Positions 20,596 through 30,804 of a stretch of 64,000 bases of DNA are shown in pieces. How positions within the stretch are numbered: the first letter of the stretch is position 1; each line of letters starts with the position of its first letter. The position numbers were made by a program, and so were the translations under genes. The stretch is from assembly GCA_963765495.1 (NCBI GenBank), contig CAVXWP010000008.1:288001-352000 (forward strand). Direction: 5' to 3'. The notes under the pieces were generated by a model. It saw only the letters and a program-made list of their open reading frames with translations, was not told where the DNA came from and made no database searches. This DNA comes from Blastocatellia bacterium (lineage in GTDB: Bacteria; Acidobacteriota; Blastocatellia; UBA7656).

Positions 20596-21024
20596 ATGGC
20601 TTTTAGCATTCATGGAGAGCAGGCCACGGAAATACAGGTTACGACGGGCGAAAATTTAGTGCTTCGGATTCGCGCTTATGATCCGGCGGGGATAAAGAAG
20701 ATTCTGATCGAGTGTTTTCAGTTTAGCAATGCGAGCACTAACAAATTGAAGGTTGCGATGGGGGAGGCCGAAGTGTCTGTTCAAGAGAGCTTTTCTCAAA
20801 ACAGTTTTGAAGTTCCCGTCCCGATCCCCGACAATGCCGCGCCGGGCAAATGGGGGGTCCGCTGCGTTGAGTTCACAAACGGACGCGGCTACAAATCATC
20901 CTTTTACAGGGGGCAGGGGAAATTCGATAACATAGTCTTTGAGGTAGTCCCCCCGCCGAGCAAAGAGGATGAACTGCTCAATTTTAATGGAGTCGAGATT
21001 GCCGGCAACAGCCATCGCATGTGA
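20596..21024 (+). CDS. Hypothetical protein with an Ig-like beta-sandwich character
   Basis: GAGGTG RBS and an upstream promoter; AYDPAGIKKI and IPDNAAPGKW resemble Ig-like domains; followed by a ggaggcc/ggcctcc hairpin. Confidence 0.65.
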   Translation: MAFSIHGEQATEIQVTTGENLVLRIRAYDPAGIKKILIECFQFSNASTNKLKVAMGEAEVSVQESFSQNSFEVPVPIPDNAAPGKWGVRCVEFTNGRGYKSSFYRGQGKFDNIVFEVVPPPSKEDELLNFNGVEIAGNSHRM

Positions 21025-21103
21025 AGGATAAGAGGCTCCGAGGTGTCGGGAGGGAGGCCGGGTTTTGTGGCCTCCACCCAACTAATACCAGTCGAACATC
21101 TAT

Positions 21104-22684
21104 TCAGGGTTTTGTGTTTGTCCCATTTTGATGGGCAAGCAGCATTTCGGACGCAACACGTATAGGCACACCGAAATTGGACCCTCCAAAGCTTTGAGAG
21201 CCGTCAGCCACTACCAGTATGGCAGAATTTATTGCGATCACCCTCTCTTCGCTATCAAACATAGGACTCCCCGAACCGCCCTCAGTCGTCTGCGCGCTAT
21301 GAGTAATGCGTCCGGGCAACACATCGCCGATAGTGCCGGTTGTCGTAAGGGGTCTTATCAGTCCGCGCTCGGCCAGTCCTTCGGCCACATCTTCGACAGA
21401 CTGACCGTGTTGTTTGAGGATGTCGCGGCGCTCGGGCTCATCTATTCGCTGGAGCAGGCCGTCAACCCCGGTTGGAAACCCTAGGAGTACGACGGGGCCT
21501 CCTATGAGCGAGCGCGGGTCTTCGGTGCTTATCGGGAGGACGGGCAGCGCGGCGTCTCCCTGTTCGAAATTGCACAGCGCGACATCATAACGGTCGGAGG
21601 TGTCGAGAACTTTCAACTCAAACGGGTTTTGAATGGAAGGGAAGAAGGCCGAAAGGGAATCTCGTCTCGGACGGAATCCTCCACCCTGTTGAAGAATTAT
21701 CTGGGCGGTCTGATCGCCTATCCAGGGCTGAACCACGTGTTTGTTTGTCACGATGATACCGCCCTCGACCAGAAAACCTGTCCCCGTGTAATCGATCTGG
21801 ACAGGAGGGCCGACTCCATCGACAGAGGCGAGAAGGTGGCCGCTTCGATCTACGGGGGTGTCGTTGGCATCATCTGCGGTTTCATACCTTAAGACGCGCC
21901 CCGTTCCTTTTTCGACGAAACTGTAGCTGCCGACGATAAGACAGACGCCGGGACTGTAGCGTTCGGCGATCTTCTGCGTAAACAGGCGATTTTGGTCGGC
22001 AACTACTCTGAGCCGTTCTATCTCCTTCTCCTGTTTCTTGATGACCTCCTGATCCTGTTCGAGCCTGGTCTGACTGACATCGTTTGCCATTCTCAAGCGT
22101 TCAATTTCCTGGGAATTGCGGTGAAGAAAGAGGAAGTTAAAATAGATAATGCCGAGTATGGCGACGGCAAACAAGCCAACCGTGGCGAGTCCGATCAATC
22201 GGGCTTTTCTGGGGATTTCAGCCCAGAGGCTTGCGGTAAGTTCCTTGACGAAGAGGGTGGCCGTCAGAGGGTGGACCGGCGGGGCCGCTACTGCCTGTAC
22301 CTCGCGATTACGGCGGACCAGGCTTGCAGCCGAGAAATTTTCAGGCATCACCTGAAAAAGCACACTTGCGCTCGACAGGCCGTGTCCGAAATGCAGCGTA
22401 TCGCCGTCACGCAAGGGAAACCCGGCGGCATTATAGTCGTCGCTGTAAACCTCTCCGTTTACGGTGATTTCGAGTTCGGGATTCTCTTCGCGACGACCAA
22501 GATGGTAGTTTCCTTCTTCGTTGTATATGTCGGCGAGGACGCCTTCGGGCATAAGAGCGCCTTCTTCGGGGACAAGCTTAAAGTCGCTATCGTCCGATGT
22601 GCCGACCGTCACGTGATCTTGTGTATATATTCTTGTCTTACCCTTCTCGGACCCCGAGAGGTAAACCAGCATTAAACGGCTCAT
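21104..22684 (-). CDS. FHA-like domain, TM helix, coiled coil and trypsin-like serine protease
   Basis: N-terminal FHA-like fold (VTVGT...LRDGDTLHFG); TM helix; triad TNKHVV / YDVA / GGSGSP; GTGF. Confidence 0.85.
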   Translation of the reverse strand: MSRLMLVYLSGSEKGKTRIYTQDHVTVGTSDDSDFKLVPEEGALMPEGVLADIYNEEGNYHLGRREENPELEITVNGEVYSDDYNAAGFPLRDGDTLHFGHGLSSASVLFQVMPENFSAASLVRRNREVQAVAAPPVHPLTATLFVKELTASLWAEIPRKARLIGLATVGLFAVAILGIIYFNFLFLHRNSQEIERLRMANDVSQTRLEQDQEVIKKQEKEIERLRVVADQNRLFTQKIAERYSPGVCLIVGSYSFVEKGTGRVLRYETADDANDTPVDRSGHLLASVDGVGPPVQIDYTGTGFLVEGGIIVTNKHVVQPWIGDQTAQIILQQGGGFRPRRDSLSAFFPSIQNPFELKVLDTSDRYDVALCNFEQGDAALPVLPISTEDPRSLIGGPVVLLGFPTGVDGLLQRIDEPERRDILKQHGQSVEDVAEGLAERGLIRPLTTTGTIGDVLPGRITHSAQTTEGGSGSPMFDSEERVIAINSAILVVADGSQSFGGSNFGVPIRVASEMLLAHQNGTNTKP

Positions 22685-23075
22685 CCGAAATCATGCCTCT
22701 TTGGATAAAATATTCCGACCGGGGTTGTGCACATTGCTTCACTTCGGCCCGGGCCAGAAAGTGAAGCAATTAGTTTACAGAAACATTTATGGGGTTGCTT
22801 CAAGCACCCGGTTCGCTCGGAAATAAATCAAAGCAAAAGCCCCTACCCAACTAAAATGATAAGGATACACATGATTTGGATTTGTTTCCATACCGAGTTA
22901 AAGAAAGATTCGAGGGAAAGGTTTTATTGCAGGATCATTCAATTCTCAGATTGATATTTGGAGGTCGCAGGAACCCACTGATTGCTTTATGAAAACCCCC
23001 GTGCGTGTTAGGATCAATTCGCTGTGCCGTGCATATACTCAGTTACTCAAAATCACTTTCAGAGGTTTTTCCGAA

Positions 23076-24206
23076 ATGAAGCGTCATAGAAATATGATTA
23101 TCTCAATCTGCGCCGTAATTCTGTTGTGTCTTACAAGCCATTCGGCAAGTTCAGGTTTGAAAATGATCCCGGATTCCCCCGACAAAAAGAAGGTAGTCGA
23201 GCCCTACAAGATCGAAAAACTGACACAGGGCATGGGACTTTACAGTCTGGGGGCTGTCTCTCCCGACGGGAAATCCATGCTTTTACTCGCGCAAAAACCC
23301 GAGCACGCTCCGAACCTTTATGTGATGGACCTGACCGATTTTTCCATTCGCCCGCCGCTTACGGACCTGCGCTGGGGCGTATCAGACGCGGCCTGGTCGC
23401 CCGACGGTTCAACGATTGCGTTTGCCGGATTCGGCGAATCGGCGAGCTTTTCAGAGCTCTATACTTTGGGGGTAAAGGGTGGGAGACCTTCCCAGATGAC
23501 GAGGAATAACTTCAGCGATAAGGAGCCGGTATTTTCCCCCGACGGCAAGCGATTGTATTACACTACAGACGAAAGCCCTCTGCCCGACGCAGCGTTTGGC
23601 ATACTTCATATTGCCACGATGCCGACAGCCGGCGGTAAGCCCGAATACTTCACCGAGGATGAAGCATCTACGATCAAACCCGTGCTGACATCGGATTCAA
23701 AGGGGCTCTACCTGATCAAAATTGACGAGGACAGCGGGCGGCATTCGCTCTGGGAATACGGATTTGATGGGAAGGCGCGGCAAGATCTGACGGAACGAAA
23801 ATTTGCCAGGATTCACAGGCTCATTCCCGTTGCCTCTAGCAACTCGATTGTCATCGAAGGGCAGGAGGAGCCAGAACAAGAGGAAGATGTTTATATCTTT
23901 GATCTGAAAACGAGACAGGCGACCGAACTTCCGAACGGCGACCTGATAAAGAGGATGCCCGCTGTTTCACCAAACGGGCGGCGTGTGGTCTTTATATCGC
24001 CGACGGGGACCGGGACACAGCTTTTTCTCTACGACTCAACCACGTCTGAAATCAAACAATTGACCTACCTCGGGTCGAGCACATTCACACCCGTTTTTAT
24101 CTCTGATGAGAGAATCGTTTTCGGTTCGAATCGGAGCAAGGATATGGCGAATGAGATTTACTTGCTTGATCTTGCTGTCCCGACGCCGGAAGAAAAGAAG
24201 AAGTAA
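23076..24206 (+). CDS. Exported TolB-like PD40 beta-propeller protein
   Basis: Repeated WSPDG / FSPDG / VSPNG blades; signal peptide. Confidence 0.8.
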   Translation: MKRHRNMIISICAVILLCLTSHSASSGLKMIPDSPDKKKVVEPYKIEKLTQGMGLYSLGAVSPDGKSMLLLAQKPEHAPNLYVMDLTDFSIRPPLTDLRWGVSDAAWSPDGSTIAFAGFGESASFSELYTLGVKGGRPSQMTRNNFSDKEPVFSPDGKRLYYTTDESPLPDAAFGILHIATMPTAGGKPEYFTEDEASTIKPVLTSDSKGLYLIKIDEDSGRHSLWEYGFDGKARQDLTERKFARIHRLIPVASSNSIVIEGQEEPEQEEDVYIFDLKTRQATELPNGDLIKRMPAVSPNGRRVVFISPTGTGTQLFLYDSTTSEIKQLTYLGSSTFTPVFISDERIVFGSNRSKDMANEIYLLDLAVPTPEEKKK

Positions 24207-24276
24207 AGCGAGGGAATAAATTGGAGCCAGGCTCGATGCACAAGAATGCTGAACCGTCCTCTAAGGCAAATAAAAC

Positions 24277-25719
24277 ATGACTGATGAAACCAGATCGAAA
24301 AATTCTTCTTATGATGCTGTGATAATCGGTTCAGGGCCAAATGGACTTGCCTCGGCTATCACGCTTGCAAGAGCGGGGAAGTCAACGCTTGTCATCGAAG
24401 CCGAAAGCACAATCGGGGGAGGGACGCGGTCGTCTGAGTTGACACTGCCCGGGTTCACACACGACATCTGTTCGGCGATACACCCGCTTGCAGTCGGGTC
24501 GCCATTTTTCGCCACGCTCCCGCTTGAAGAACACGGGGTTGAGTGGATTCATCCGCCCTCACCGCTTGCGCATCCATTTGATGACGGGTCGGCTGCCGTA
24601 CTGGAAAGGTCTGTTGAGGAGACAGGAAAGATCCTTGGCGAGGACAGTCATTCGTACAGGAAACTGATGCAGCCTCTGGCCGATCACTGGACCGCGCTTG
24701 CCGAGGAATTGCTTGCTCCGCCTCATCTGTTTCGCCATCCGGTTGTACTCGGCAAGTTTGGGTTGAACGCGATTTATTCTGCGTGGGCGCTTGCGAGACG
24801 CAGATTTGCGGGAGATCACGCTCGGGGGCTGTTTGCGGGGCTTTCTGCCCATTCCATCCTCCCGCTTGAGTACTTTATGACGGCTTCTTTCGGGATGCTC
24901 CTTGGCGCAAGCGGCCACGCGGTAGGCTGGCCCTTCCCGCGAGGTGGCGCGCAGATGATCGCCGATGCCATGCAATCAATCCTGAAATCGCTTGGCGGAG
25001 AGATAGAGACAGACAGGCGGGTAGATTCGATAGAGGACCTTCCACCGGCACGCGCTTACCTTTTTGATGTGACCCCGCGACAGTTTTTGCGAATAGCTGG
25101 GAATCGCCTCCCTCACAGATACAGGCGGCGGCTTGAAGGCTTTCGCTACGGCCCCGGAGTCTTCAAGATAGATTGCGCGCTCTCCGGCCCGATTCCGTGG
25201 AAGGCTGAGGCCTGTCGCCGGGCTGCGACCGTTCATCTTGGGCCGACGCTTGAAGAAATATGCGCGAGCGAGGCAGGCGTCTGGAGAGGCGAACCCCCCG
25301 AACGCCCCTTTGTTCTTGTAGCCCAACACACCCTCTTTGACACGACGCGCGCCCCCGAAGGCAAGCATACTCTCTGGGCGTACTGTCACGTTCCAAACGG
25401 CTCAACCTTTGATATGACCGAGAGGATAGAGGCGCAGATCGAGCGTTTTGCTCCGGGGTTTCGTGATCTGATAATTGCCAGAAGCGTTCTTACGCCTGAG
25501 CAACTTGAGAGGCACAACGCCAACTATATCGGTGGAGACATCAGCGGCGGGGCGAATGATTTCCCTCAACTGCTGGCTCGTCCGCTCATCAGTCTCAATC
25601 CGTATTCGACCCCCGCAAAGGGAGTATATCTTTGCTCATCATCAACGCCGCCGGGTGCGGGTGTTCATGGCATGTGCGGGTATTTTGCTGCTCGAAAGGC
25701 CCTGGAGGATGTCTTCTGA
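24277..25719 (+). CDS. FAD-dependent oxidoreductase, phytoene dehydrogenase-related
   Basis: IIGSGPNGL, GGGTRS, HDICSAIHP and STPPGAGVHGMCG. Confidence 0.88.
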   Translation: MTDETRSKNSSYDAVIIGSGPNGLASAITLARAGKSTLVIEAESTIGGGTRSSELTLPGFTHDICSAIHPLAVGSPFFATLPLEEHGVEWIHPPSPLAHPFDDGSAAVLERSVEETGKILGEDSHSYRKLMQPLADHWTALAEELLAPPHLFRHPVVLGKFGLNAIYSAWALARRRFAGDHARGLFAGLSAHSILPLEYFMTASFGMLLGASGHAVGWPFPRGGAQMIADAMQSILKSLGGEIETDRRVDSIEDLPPARAYLFDVTPRQFLRIAGNRLPHRYRRRLEGFRYGPGVFKIDCALSGPIPWKAEACRRAATVHLGPTLEEICASEAGVWRGEPPERPFVLVAQHTLFDTTRAPEGKHTLWAYCHVPNGSTFDMTERIEAQIERFAPGFRDLIIARSVLTPEQLERHNANYIGGDISGGANDFPQLLARPLISLNPYSTPAKGVYLCSSSTPPGAGVHGMCGYFAARKALEDVF

Positions 25720-25795
25720 ACCTGTCAGAGATTTCTAACCTCAAGTCTCAAATCTCAGATTCATGTGTGCGCTTGCGCCGGGGAGTCCTCAAGAA

Positions 25796-26116
25796 TCAGG
25801 ATTCCTCTCTGGTGTCGCGCCCGCTGATAAAGCTTTCGGCAAAGTCAATAAAGGTGTTGAGCCGGTCTTCGCTCTCGGTCAATCTCTTTTCGGTGCGCGA
25901 GACGATTTCGGAAAGCTCGGTGACTCTCGCATCTGATTTCTCCTGCGTCTCGATGACTCTGCCTACCATGTTGACAAGTGTCAGTGTGGCATCGGTCAGT
26001 TTTCCGAGCTGGTTCTGGAGGCGGGTTTGAATATCTTTTATTTCCTGTATCTCGTTTGCGAATTGTGCCTGTTGTTCGATTATAAACTGTATGGTTCGTT
26101 CCTCTTCTTCTGCCAT
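25796..26116 (-). CDS. Small coiled-coil hypothetical protein
   Basis: Heptad pattern (IQFIIEQQAQF...ERLN-like end); AAAGGG RBS. Confidence 0.65.
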   Translation of the reverse strand: MAEEEERTIQFIIEQQAQFANEIQEIKDIQTRLQNQLGKLTDATLTLVNMVGRVIETQEKSDARVTELSEIVSRTEKRLTESEDRLNTFIDFAESFISGRDTREES

Positions 26117-26160
26117 AAACGGTATACCCTTTCCGGCCCGATATGGCAGGGCCGATTCTT

Positions 26161-28446
26161 TCAGGGTTGCTTTGAGCGCAACCGTGTAGCCTTTTGATAT
26201 TCCTGGTTGGCTTCGTCTCTGAGACCCTGACTGTAAAGCGCGTGCCCAAGCTTGGTATGCAGCGTATCATTTGAAGGTTCAATATCAACGGCTTTTCGAT
26301 AGACATCTGCCGCCTTCTGCCACTGTTGAAGATTGAAATAGCCATCTCCAAGCGCGGTCAGGATCGCGATATTGCCTGCGCCAAGCGAAGCCGCCTGCTC
26401 GAGTTCGGCCAGGGCGTCATCATCTCTCTGATTTCGATAGAGCAGGGCGAGATTGTAATGCGGGGCCGCCCATTTGGGATCGAGTTCGATAGCGCGTTTG
26501 AAGGCTCGTTCGGCCTGAAAGGAGTCGAGCCGCCCGCTGTAGATGAGTCCCATAGAATTTTCGATTGTGGCGAGCCGGGTTCCCTGCAACTGTGCAAGCG
26601 CCCTTTCGGCTTCGTCGTAAAATTGCAGGGCAATCAATGCCTGGGCCGCGCTCACTTTCTCAAGAGCCGCCACGTCAGAAAGCTCAGGCATCAGCGCGCG
26701 AGCACGGCTAAACATCTGGCCCGCGCGCTTGAATTCATCTACCTTGTCTGAAACGTTGTCGCTTCGAACATCGCCGCTCACAATCGCGCGGCCCGAATCG
26801 GTGAGCGCCTCGGCAAGCCTTGGTTTTAGCTGTAAGGCGCGGGGTCTGGTTGCCGGGTCATCGGCCAATCTTTGATAGATATCCCACGCGCTTGCATTCT
26901 TCGGTTCCAGAAGCCTCCCGTCAGCAATAGCGGCCTGAAATTGTAAAACGAGCGGCGAGGGGGCGGTCCCCATCGCGGGCGCAGAATTTGGCGAGCCGAT
27001 TGGAATATTTCCGTTTCCGGCAGAAGACGCTTCTATAGTCGAAGTTTCCGGTGGAGTCGGAGTCGGTCTGCGAGGAGGAGGCGCTGATCGGGGCGGCTCT
27101 CCCACATTTGGAGAATCGCTTGAGGTAGCGGCCGGAACTCCGGCAGACCTGATCGGCTCATTTGCAGGCGGCGTCCCGGCTCCGCGAACAGATTTGGATG
27201 CGCCATTGGGCGACGGATTGGAGGGACCTGATTTTCTGGTTCCCGTCGAATTTGACCGGGTGACGGGCGTGCTCACCCCACCGCTTACCGCCTCGGGTTT
27301 CGGGTTGTTTGCCACGATGTCGGGTTTGGCTGGACTCTTAGCAGGCGGAGTCGGCACTCGAGCGGACGGCTGATCTTTTATCGCTTCCTCCGGGCGAGGC
27401 TCGATACCTGCGGGCTCATGGTAATCCGTTGCCGCCTGTCGGTTATTTTCTGTCGCATTATTTGCGGGCGCATTATTTGCGGGCGCGATCTGTTCGGCCC
27501 TTTTCACGGAAAGAGCGACCGGTTCCGGGGTCTTTTCGGCGGTTGGCGCAGGCGGCTTTTGCCCGGAATCGAGGGCGAGCGAGCCGTTTGTTCGGATGAG
27601 CATGCTGGCGAGGCCGAAACCGCCGTGCCAGGGATGTTGTTTGTTTGAGGTCTCTTTTGCCACACGTGCTGAGACGGTGTGGAAAATCCCTTCGGCGGTT
27701 CTGGTGTTGTTTACATCCGGATTTGCTTCGTTGAATGCATCCACAAGCGAGCGCGTAAAGACGCCCATATCACCCCATCGTTTTCCTTCACGAGAGTATT
27801 CACCCTGGCCCGAAGCGAGTATTACATTCAGCCCCGCGCGCGAAGCCACCATCTGGTTGAAGGTCAGGACAAAAGAGGATGAGTCCCTGTTACCTTCTTC
27901 TTCCGGGGGAAAGAAATCGCCGCGTACGGCATCGGCTATGACAAGAACGTTTCCGGCGCGGATGCGACGGTTCAACGCGTCGGTCAAATCATTTATCGAA
28001 AACGCGCTCGTGTAAGGATCGGCAGGATCGGAATCAAAGGCAAGCAGATACGATTCGCCAAATTCGCGTTCAAAAATGCCGTGCCCGGAAAAGAAGATAT
28101 AGACCCTGTCATCAGTTGAGACCGATTTCGCCAGCCAGTTCCCGATAGCCGCTTTTATCGCCGAGATGGTCGCTTCCTGCCCTAAAAGCAGTTTTATATT
28201 CTCTTTTCTCACCCCGGTCTTTTCCAGCGCCTCGGCAAATGCAGATGCATCACGGTCGGCAAATTGCAGTTGTTGCCCTCCGGGCACTTGTGAATAATGC
28301 GAGATGCCTATTATGACGGCCCACTCTTTTGCGGAGCCGTTTCGACCGGGAGGCTGTGATTGACCGTTTGCCGTTTCGAGGAGGGAAATCAGACAACAAA
28401 GGGCGGCTAGCAAAAGGCATACCGACCATCTTCTTGTAGTTTGCAT
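26161..28446 (-). CDS. Exported caspase-like (C14) domain, Pro-rich linker and TPR protein; catalytic Cys replaced by Val
   Basis: WAVIIGISHY, LQFADRDA, FFSGHG, IADAVR (normally DACH/R), GVFT and QHP; C-terminal TPRs. Confidence 0.85.
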   Translation of the reverse strand: MQTTRRWSVCLLLAALCCLISLLETANGQSQPPGRNGSAKEWAVIIGISHYSQVPGGQQLQFADRDASAFAEALEKTGVRKENIKLLLGQEATISAIKAAIGNWLAKSVSTDDRVYIFFSGHGIFEREFGESYLLAFDSDPADPYTSAFSINDLTDALNRRIRAGNVLVIADAVRGDFFPPEEEGNRDSSSFVLTFNQMVASRAGLNVILASGQGEYSREGKRWGDMGVFTRSLVDAFNEANPDVNNTRTAEGIFHTVSARVAKETSNKQHPWHGGFGLASMLIRTNGSLALDSGQKPPAPTAEKTPEPVALSVKRAEQIAPANNAPANNATENNRQAATDYHEPAGIEPRPEEAIKDQPSARVPTPPAKSPAKPDIVANNPKPEAVSGGVSTPVTRSNSTGTRKSGPSNPSPNGASKSVRGAGTPPANEPIRSAGVPAATSSDSPNVGEPPRSAPPPRRPTPTPPETSTIEASSAGNGNIPIGSPNSAPAMGTAPSPLVLQFQAAIADGRLLEPKNASAWDIYQRLADDPATRPRALQLKPRLAEALTDSGRAIVSGDVRSDNVSDKVDEFKRAGQMFSRARALMPELSDVAALEKVSAAQALIALQFYDEAERALAQLQGTRLATIENSMGLIYSGRLDSFQAERAFKRAIELDPKWAAPHYNLALLYRNQRDDDALAELEQAASLGAGNIAILTALGDGYFNLQQWQKAADVYRKAVDIEPSNDTLHTKLGHALYSQGLRDEANQEYQKATRLRSKQP

Positions 28447-28470
28447 TGCTCTAAAGTAACTGCATGATCG

Positions 28471-28512
28471 TGAAGGGCGCAACCCTTTACGGCGTAGAGG
28501 GAGCGCCCTTCA
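28471..28512 (-). terminator. Probable terminator after rsbW-rsbV
   Basis: tgaagggcgc ... gcgcccttca inverted repeat. Confidence 0.55.
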
Positions 28513-28552
28513 TCGCTTGAGAAAGATACCGCCATGAAAAGAACAGATTCGC

Positions 28553-28900
28553 TTACTTGAAGCTTGCCACGGCGTCTGCTTCGTTATCGAATGTCTCAAA
28601 GACAGTGAGGAGTTTCGTAATCATCAGCAGGTCTTGAATCTTCTTTGTAAGATTCAGGAGCTTTAATTGACCGCCCTGATTATTTGTCGTCGTATAGGAA
28701 CTGACGAGTTCGCCTATCCCCGAGCTATCCACGTAAGAGACATCTCCGAGATTGAGCAAAATCTTTTTCTTGCCCTCGTCGAGGAGTCTGCGCACGGCTT
28801 CGCGCAACTGTACACTGCCTTCGCCTATAGTGATCTTGCCCGACAGATCCAGGATAGCTACATCACCAGCCTGTCGCTCTTTGATATTAAGCTGAGCCAT
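28553..28900 (-). CDS. STAS-domain anti-sigma factor antagonist (RsbV/SpoIIAA-like)
   Basis: [13 protein letters not shown] with the phosphoacceptor Ser; AGGAGAGG RBS. Confidence 0.92.
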   Translation of the reverse strand: MAQLNIKERQAGDVAILDLSGKITIGEGSVQLREAVRRLLDEGKKKILLNLGDVSYVDSSGIGELVSSYTTTNNQGGQLKLLNLTKKIQDLLMITKLLTVFETFDNEADAVASFK

Positions 28901-28933
28901 CTTACCTCTCCTTTTTGAACTCTGATGTTTGTA

Positions 28934-29353
28934 TCAGGATGATTGCTTCTGCTTCGCCAGACGGACGATGCTGCCACCCTCTGGATGAATCGTATATTCC
29001 ACCTCATCCATAAATGTGCGCATATAGAAAATGCCACGTCCGGTCGGGTTGAGCAAGTTATTTGGGTCGAGCGGGTCGGGCAAGGTCGAGGGGTCGAAGC
29101 CTTCGCCCCTGTCCCGGACATAGACCGTCAGCCCGTTGCTTTCAACCACGAATCGGACATCCACCTGCTTCTCTTCCTGATTCTTATTTCCGTGTGTAAT
29201 CGCGTTTATGACCGCCTCGTGTACCGCAAGCTCCACCCAGCTAGCATCATCTTCGGGAAAGCCGAGTTTTGCCGTTACGCTCTTGGTTACGGAACTGACC
29301 ATGTCTACAAACTCAAGTTTGCTGTCTATTGATAGTTCGATGGTCTCAGTCAT
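28934..29353 (-). CDS. Anti-sigma factor Ser kinase (RsbW-like)
   Basis: LAVHEAVINAITHG, VRDRGEGFD and GRGIFYMRTFMDEV. Confidence 0.92.
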   Translation of the reverse strand: MTETIELSIDSKLEFVDMVSSVTKSVTAKLGFPEDDASWVELAVHEAVINAITHGNKNQEEKQVDVRFVVESNGLTVYVRDRGEGFDPSTLPDPLDPNNLLNPTGRGIFYMRTFMDEVEYTIHPEGGSIVRLAKQKQSS

Positions 29354-29448
29354 CCGAACGCGGGTCCCTTTCCATTATGACTCACATTGCCGTAAACGGC
29401 TCGCACGGCTGAAATCAGAGGTGGTCACAAGTCGCGTCATTGTGTAAC

Positions 29449-30804
29449 ATGTCGGAAGTTGCGATGTCAAGAACAATAGGAATTAGAGGGCCCGGCTCAA
29501 TCAACGGGGTCATACGGGTCCCCGGCGACAAATCAATTTCGCACCGTGTAGCGATGCTCGCATCGGTGGCAAGCGGCACGTCCGTCATTGCCGGATTTGC
29601 CTCAAGCGCCGATTGTCATACAACGCTAGACTGCATAAACAGGCTCGGAATCCATACGGAAAAGTTCGAAGACCGTATAGTGATACACGGAAGAGGTTTG
29701 CGCGGGTATCGCGCAGCCGAAGGCCGCGCCCTGCTCGATGCAGGCAACTCGGGCTCTACGATAAGGATGCTGAGCGGGTTGCTGGCGGGTCAGAGTTTTA
29801 CCTCTGTGATTGAAGGGGATGAGAGTCTAAGCCGCCGCCCGATGGCTCGAATTATCGAGCCGCTCACGCTGATGGGGGCGCGTGTAGAGGCCCGTCGCGG
29901 GCGGTTCCCACCCATTCAAATCCATGGCGGCAGGCTTGATTCGATCTCATTTGAGAGTCGCGTAGCAAGCGCCCAGGTAAAGACCGGTGTGCTGTTTGCC
30001 GGGCTTCTCGCAGAAGGGCGGACCTCATTCAGAGAGCCGGTCCTTTCACGCGATCACACGGAACTGATGCTCCCGCAATTCGGCGTGGCGCTTGAAATAA
30101 CCGATATGGAAACAGGCCGCCGCCTTAGCGTCGAAGGGGGCAAGGAACTTGAACCGGTTGAATACCAGGTGCCCGGGGATGCTTCGTCTGCGGCCTATTT
30201 CATAGCCGCCGCCACCGTTCTTCAGGGTTCCGAACTACGACTTAGCGGCGTCAATCTGAATCCCACGCGAACAGCCTTTGTCGATGTCTTGAACAGACTT
30301 GGTGCAAGCATTCGGCTTGAGAACCAGAATCGAAGACACGGCGAGGAAGTAGGAGACGTTTTCGTCAAAAGCAGCCGTCTTGCCTGTATGGGCGGCGTTC
30401 TCAAATTGAGCGGGGAGATAATTCCTAACCTGATTGATGAGATTCCGATTCTTGCCGTGGCCTGCACGCAGGTAGAGGGGCGAGTCGAAATAAGAGAGGC
30501 GAGGGAACTTAGGTACAAGGAGAGCGACCGTATCAAGACCGTCATCGAAGGGCTGAGAGCGATGGGCGTGGAAGTCGAAGAGTTTGAGGACGGCTTCGCC
30601 CTGAACGGGCCGCAACGACTTTCGGGAGGGCGGATTGAAACGGCAGGCGATCATCGCATAGCGATGGCCTTCAGCGTGGCTGGTTTGATCGCTACGGGAA
30701 GATCAGAAATAGTTGGAGCGGAGTCGGCGGCAGTCTCATTCCCCGAGTTTTACGACCTGCTCTCTTCGCTCACCGGACAGACGATGACGGAGCAGCCGTC
30801 TTGA
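29449..30804 (+). CDS. aroA: 3-phosphoshikimate 1-carboxyvinyltransferase
   Basis: PGDKSISHR, DAGNSGST, SAQVK, SRDHTE, ELRYKESDR and DHRIAMAF. Start is 29449 or 29464. Confidence 0.96.
   Translation: MSEVAMSRTIGIRGPGSINGVIRVPGDKSISHRVAMLASVASGTSVIAGFASSADCHTTLDCINRLGIHTEKFEDRIVIHGRGLRGYRAAEGRALLDAGNSGSTIRMLSGLLAGQSFTSVIEGDESLSRRPMARIIEPLTLMGARVEARRGRFPPIQIHGGRLDSISFESRVASAQVKTGVLFAGLLAEGRTSFREPVLSRDHTELMLPQFGVALEITDMETGRRLSVEGGKELEPVEYQVPGDASSAAYFIAAATVLQGSELRLSGVNLNPTRTAFVDVLNRLGASIRLENQNRRHGEEVGDVFVKSSRLACMGGVLKLSGEIIPNLIDEIPILAVACTQVEGRVEIREARELRYKESDRIKTVIEGLRAMGVEVEEFEDGFALNGPQRLSGGRIETAGDHRIAMAFSVAGLIATGRSEIVGAESAAVSFPEFYDLLSSLTGQTMTEQPS

Noticed and set aside
21992-22675. Long antisense ORFs (e.g. 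21992-22675, 16791-17462, 51385-52059, 4194-4754, 11294-11842)
   Set aside because: They are shadow frames opposite well-supported genes and show no recognisable motifs.
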